Below are positions 31,417 through 35,112 of a DNA stretch of 35,112 nucleotides, in pieces; within the stretch, counting starts at the first letter, position 1, and each line of letters begins with the position of its first letter. The stretch covers positions 1 to 35,112 of the forward strand of contig JAUCBJ010005681.1 in the NCBI GenBank assembly GCA_032718475.1. Reading direction: 5' to 3'. The notes under the pieces were generated by a model. The model worked only from the letters and a program-made list of their open reading frames with translations. It did no database searches and was not told where the DNA came from. The DNA is from Nemertoderma westbladi (Eukaryota > Animalia > Xenacoelomorpha). Position numbers and translations under genes: made by a program.

Positions 31417-33147
31417 CCCAATATTGCTGAAAAACGCCACTTCCCAACTTTATGGGGATGGTGAGGCGGAATTGAATCCGCTCACACTAGCTAGTGTTTT
31501 TCCAAGTATCTATTGTAATGAATTTAGGTAAATTTAGATTTTTGGTCGTTTCCCAATCTCCCCTTGCATTATATTTCACTGACATTATATTTCACTTTTC
31601 ACTGATAAATTAATAAATATAAGCCAACTTTACTATGGATATTCATAATAATAATATGACTTGTTGGTATTTTTAGTTTTTTTTATGCCGTTTCTATCTA
31701 ATTTAATGATGCTCGCATGGCTTTTGGTGAGGTCAGTGTTAATGCCACTAGTGAATGGCATTTACCTCGCAGGCTCGCCCCATATTGTTAATTTACTTCT
31801 GCCAGTGAATCATTATGTTATACGGCAAGGGCCATGCAGAATAGCTCTGATTGGCTAATACCCATTTGCATTCAGCTTACCAGCCCCAGCCTATATATAG
31901 TATAGCATTATATCAGTTGGTCAGCCTAACTATTGAAGATTTATTAGTTAACAGCTCACTAGCTGTTAGTAGATTTGTGGGTCGGAATATTCATGTCAAT
32001 TCGTGACATTGCCGATGTCAATTTGTGATAATGATTCGTGTTATGTCGATTTATTGTTTGCCTATTAATTAATTTGTTATATCAGTTGAATTATTGCGAT
32101 TTATGTTATTATTATGTTATCGATAAAGATAAAGAGAATGGATTCAAGTCATTCTGTTGTTGATTTAACGTTGGTAGCACAATAACATTGAGGTTGGTGG
32201 TCTATAGACTGTACGGTATTGCAACTCATCGCACTGGGGTGTGTGTTACAGTATTGTCATATGACGCCTAATATTAATAGCAAACTAACATATTTTAATA
32301 CGTGCACAAAATTAATTCCTGTGACATCGGTATCTCGGATTGTCAGTTTCATAAATCCGACTTCCATAAGTCTCGAATGAATACAGTTTTCAGTTAGACA
32401 TAAAGACGTAAGCAGTCCAGACACACAACTTAAAGGAACTATTTATACGGGGTTTCAAATCTGTTTATAGTAATGCCAGTTTTATATGCAACAATAAATT
32501 ATTCTACGAGTACAAGTAACGGTTACTAGCGCCCGTTTCTTGTATATACAGCTGGTCGTAAGTTTAGGCTCATTATTTGCAAAATTGAATTGTAGCGCTA
32601 ACAGTCAGTTTGTAATAATAAGACTTATCAATAAATATCATTATCGTGTCAATCTGTCAATCCTATTAAGATGGTCATTTTGCTTAATGTGAAATATATA
32701 GCTGCAGTACTGCTATATTGCTGAACCATAGGATAATACATAAAATTATATGAATATTGAATATACTGCAACATATATTTTCTAGAATCGCGTATCAGAG
32801 CAATTTCTAAGAAAAGAGTATATCTTTAGGTAAAAATGGTATTATACATCAATTATAGAACATTTTTTTAAAATTATACGATTATAGTTTTAGCTAGTTT
32901 CCGTAGCAATATGCGAAAATTAACAATAAACATACAATATTGCAATGTTCTAGAGTTAATATACGGAAATAATAACCTGAAGCAAATAAAGCTGAATAAT
33001 CACTGATGCCGTTCCAGAAGCGAATTAACCTATATAATTACCGAGGCCGCAGGCCGAGGTTATTATATTATGTTAATTTGGTGAAGAATAAGGCAGAAGT
33101 GATTTTTACAGTTTTATTCGCTTTTTCCACAGATGTAGTTATTCTTT

Positions 33148-33482
33148 TCGAAGAATCTACAGTTTGGATTTCCATAACGGAATATCCCGAAAGTATTTTG
33201 GGTCTCTGCAGAACAGCGGAATGCATATTATTTTGAATGCAAACGTCTATAAATATAGCGAATCCGGCACTACCTAGTTTCTCAGCGGCGGAGTCTCGCA
33301 GGCTGAGTTTGGTCGGTGCGCGATCTTTAAACTGACTATCAACGTTCCGAAACGGAGTCAGAAAGCACCTGAAACATTCAAATCGGATGAATTTGTTATG
33401 TTCATCTAATTTTCGCGAGTTTAGTTCCCAGGATAAGTGGATGGGAACGTATGGTTCGACTGCACACATCGGCTAACCATCC
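33148..33482 (-). pseudogene. Isolated fragment of an element-A-type accessory ORF3 from a sister family
   Basis: GWLADVCSRTIRSHPLILGTKLAK/LDEHNKFIRFECFRCFLTPFRNVDSQF...TKLSLRDSAAEKL aligns codon by codon with 12883-13210. Confidence 0.92.
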
Positions 33483-34994
33483 AGAAAGTTTAGAAACACT
33501 TTATAATTAATGAAGACATCCCTGTTTAATATTATAAAATAAATTCGATGTAAAGAACATCATCAACGAAATTAGAGACTTTTATCATGAACGTGGAAAA
33601 TTCTAAGTAAAAAGTCAATCTTTCACATCTACGTATCTACGTTCTAGAAATGTTATACAGTAGCTAACTGTAAATACGTTACATGTATTATTTATCAAAT
33701 TACAACACCATGCACTTGAATGTTGTTGTCTTATTTCAGTAGTTATTACTGTGCCAAAAGGATTTATGTTTTAGAATAAACATTTGACCTTATCTGACCT
33801 GACAGCAAGATGGTAGCCAGTAATTTTGTGATATTGGTACTAGTATATATAGTATGTATAACCAGTACTAGTACAGTATGTATGTATACAGCACATTTGT
33901 GTTTATTTATTGGGTATTGTGGCATTTTATTATGTTCTAGAACATTGGTGAATGTTCTAGAACCTTACTAGAAATTTTTTTTATGGTGCTCGTTTTTTTT
34001 ACTAGCTACTATTTTTTGAAAATAAAAAAATATAATATTGTTTTATAGTGTTTTTTTTATATTGGTGAATGTTCTTAAACCTTAATATATATTTTTTATG
34101 GTTGCTAGTTTGTTTTATTACAGTAGGTGGATAAGTGTTCATATTCGGGACATGAAGTCCCTACCTCACACAACACTCTCAGCAATTTCTTGATGGGGAT
34201 TGGGTTGTACGAGAAACATTGTGTTGATTTTCAGCACTTCCAGTGGACCAAGTACATGAACAGGAGAACAAACTATTAAAAGGCGATGGAAGAATAATTG
34301 GGCTAACAGAAAACCCATAGTTATTGCAGCATTGGCTTCTTGTAGCACCTGATTAGTGCAATTTTGTAACAACGAATGATTTTATTATACTTATAATTAG
34401 TAAGAAATGAAATGGTATATAAGACAGAATGATTTTCAAACTTTTAATTTAAACATCTATATATATTCATTTAATTCACCAAAAAGGTATTTAAATTATG
34501 TACAATAAAATATTCGGGATATTATTAAAACAGGAGTTAGCACTTTAATAATTTTAATATTTAAAAATAAAACTAATAGTAAATAAAATATGTTTGTTTT
34601 CCATTTAACCCCGAGCCCAATGACTAAGGGATATTTTATTCTCGGGACAATCGAGCAGATGGTATATTGTTGCCACGCCGCCACATAGATCGCAAATACA
34701 ATCTTCATTAGGCGAATGAATGATAAGAGGAGTTCTTACAATATTTATAGTGGAACCCATGCATGGCAAATCGAGTGTAATACATGTAACCTCTTTAACT
34801 ATTTACAATTATTATAGCTGAGCTGTAAAATGGACTGAGACATATAAGAAAAATGTATGTATTCTTTTCTATCATGGTCAACTCCCGTATATGGGGCTAT
34901 GGTTACCTGTACCGGTACATTCCAAGTCGATTAACTAAAACTAATTTAATAAGCTGTAGGGCCTCTCTCTGGTGTGAAAAACAAAATATATTTG

Positions 34995-35056
34995 ATATAT
35001 GTTGAGTTATGTATCCGAAATATCATATATGTTGAGTTATGTATCCGAAATATCAT
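34995..35056. repeat. 30-bp tandem duplication
   Basis: ATATATGTTGAGTTATGTATCCGAAATATC occurs twice in tandem. Confidence 0.8.
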
Positions 35057-35112
35057 CAAGTTCATCATATCTGTGAAACAAACCTTTCAAAAACGTTTCA
35101 ACATAACTAGTA

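Noticed and set aside
34166-34372. Host exon
   Set aside because: Splice-like ends exist, but there is no recognisable domain and the frame ends in a stop.

Overview
AT-rich animal (most likely invertebrate) genomic DNA, made mostly of transposable elements. The only clearly intact gene is an F-box/LRR-type ORF (16106-17422, minus strand). It lies between two tail-to-tail, decayed BEL/Pao LTR retrotransposons of different families: element A (1184-14658, +) and element B (20536-31318, -). The main signal is that both elements carry, in the env position between pol and the 3' LTR, a large homologous accessory ORF. It encodes a DEDDy (RNase D/WRN/EXD-like) 3'-5' exonuclease followed by three zinc knuckles. 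A third, diverged fragment of element A's accessory ORF (33148-33482) differs largely at synonymous sites and has a Lys codon where A has a stop, so exonuclease and knuckles were one conserved reading frame. Other contents: a remnant of a B-related element (1-645), a LINE 3' end, Kolobok-like and Merlin-like MITEs, a hairpin-bearing minisatellite, many probable TA-transposon excision footprints, and a possible self-priming site in element B. All calls come from reading motifs by eye; no searches were run.
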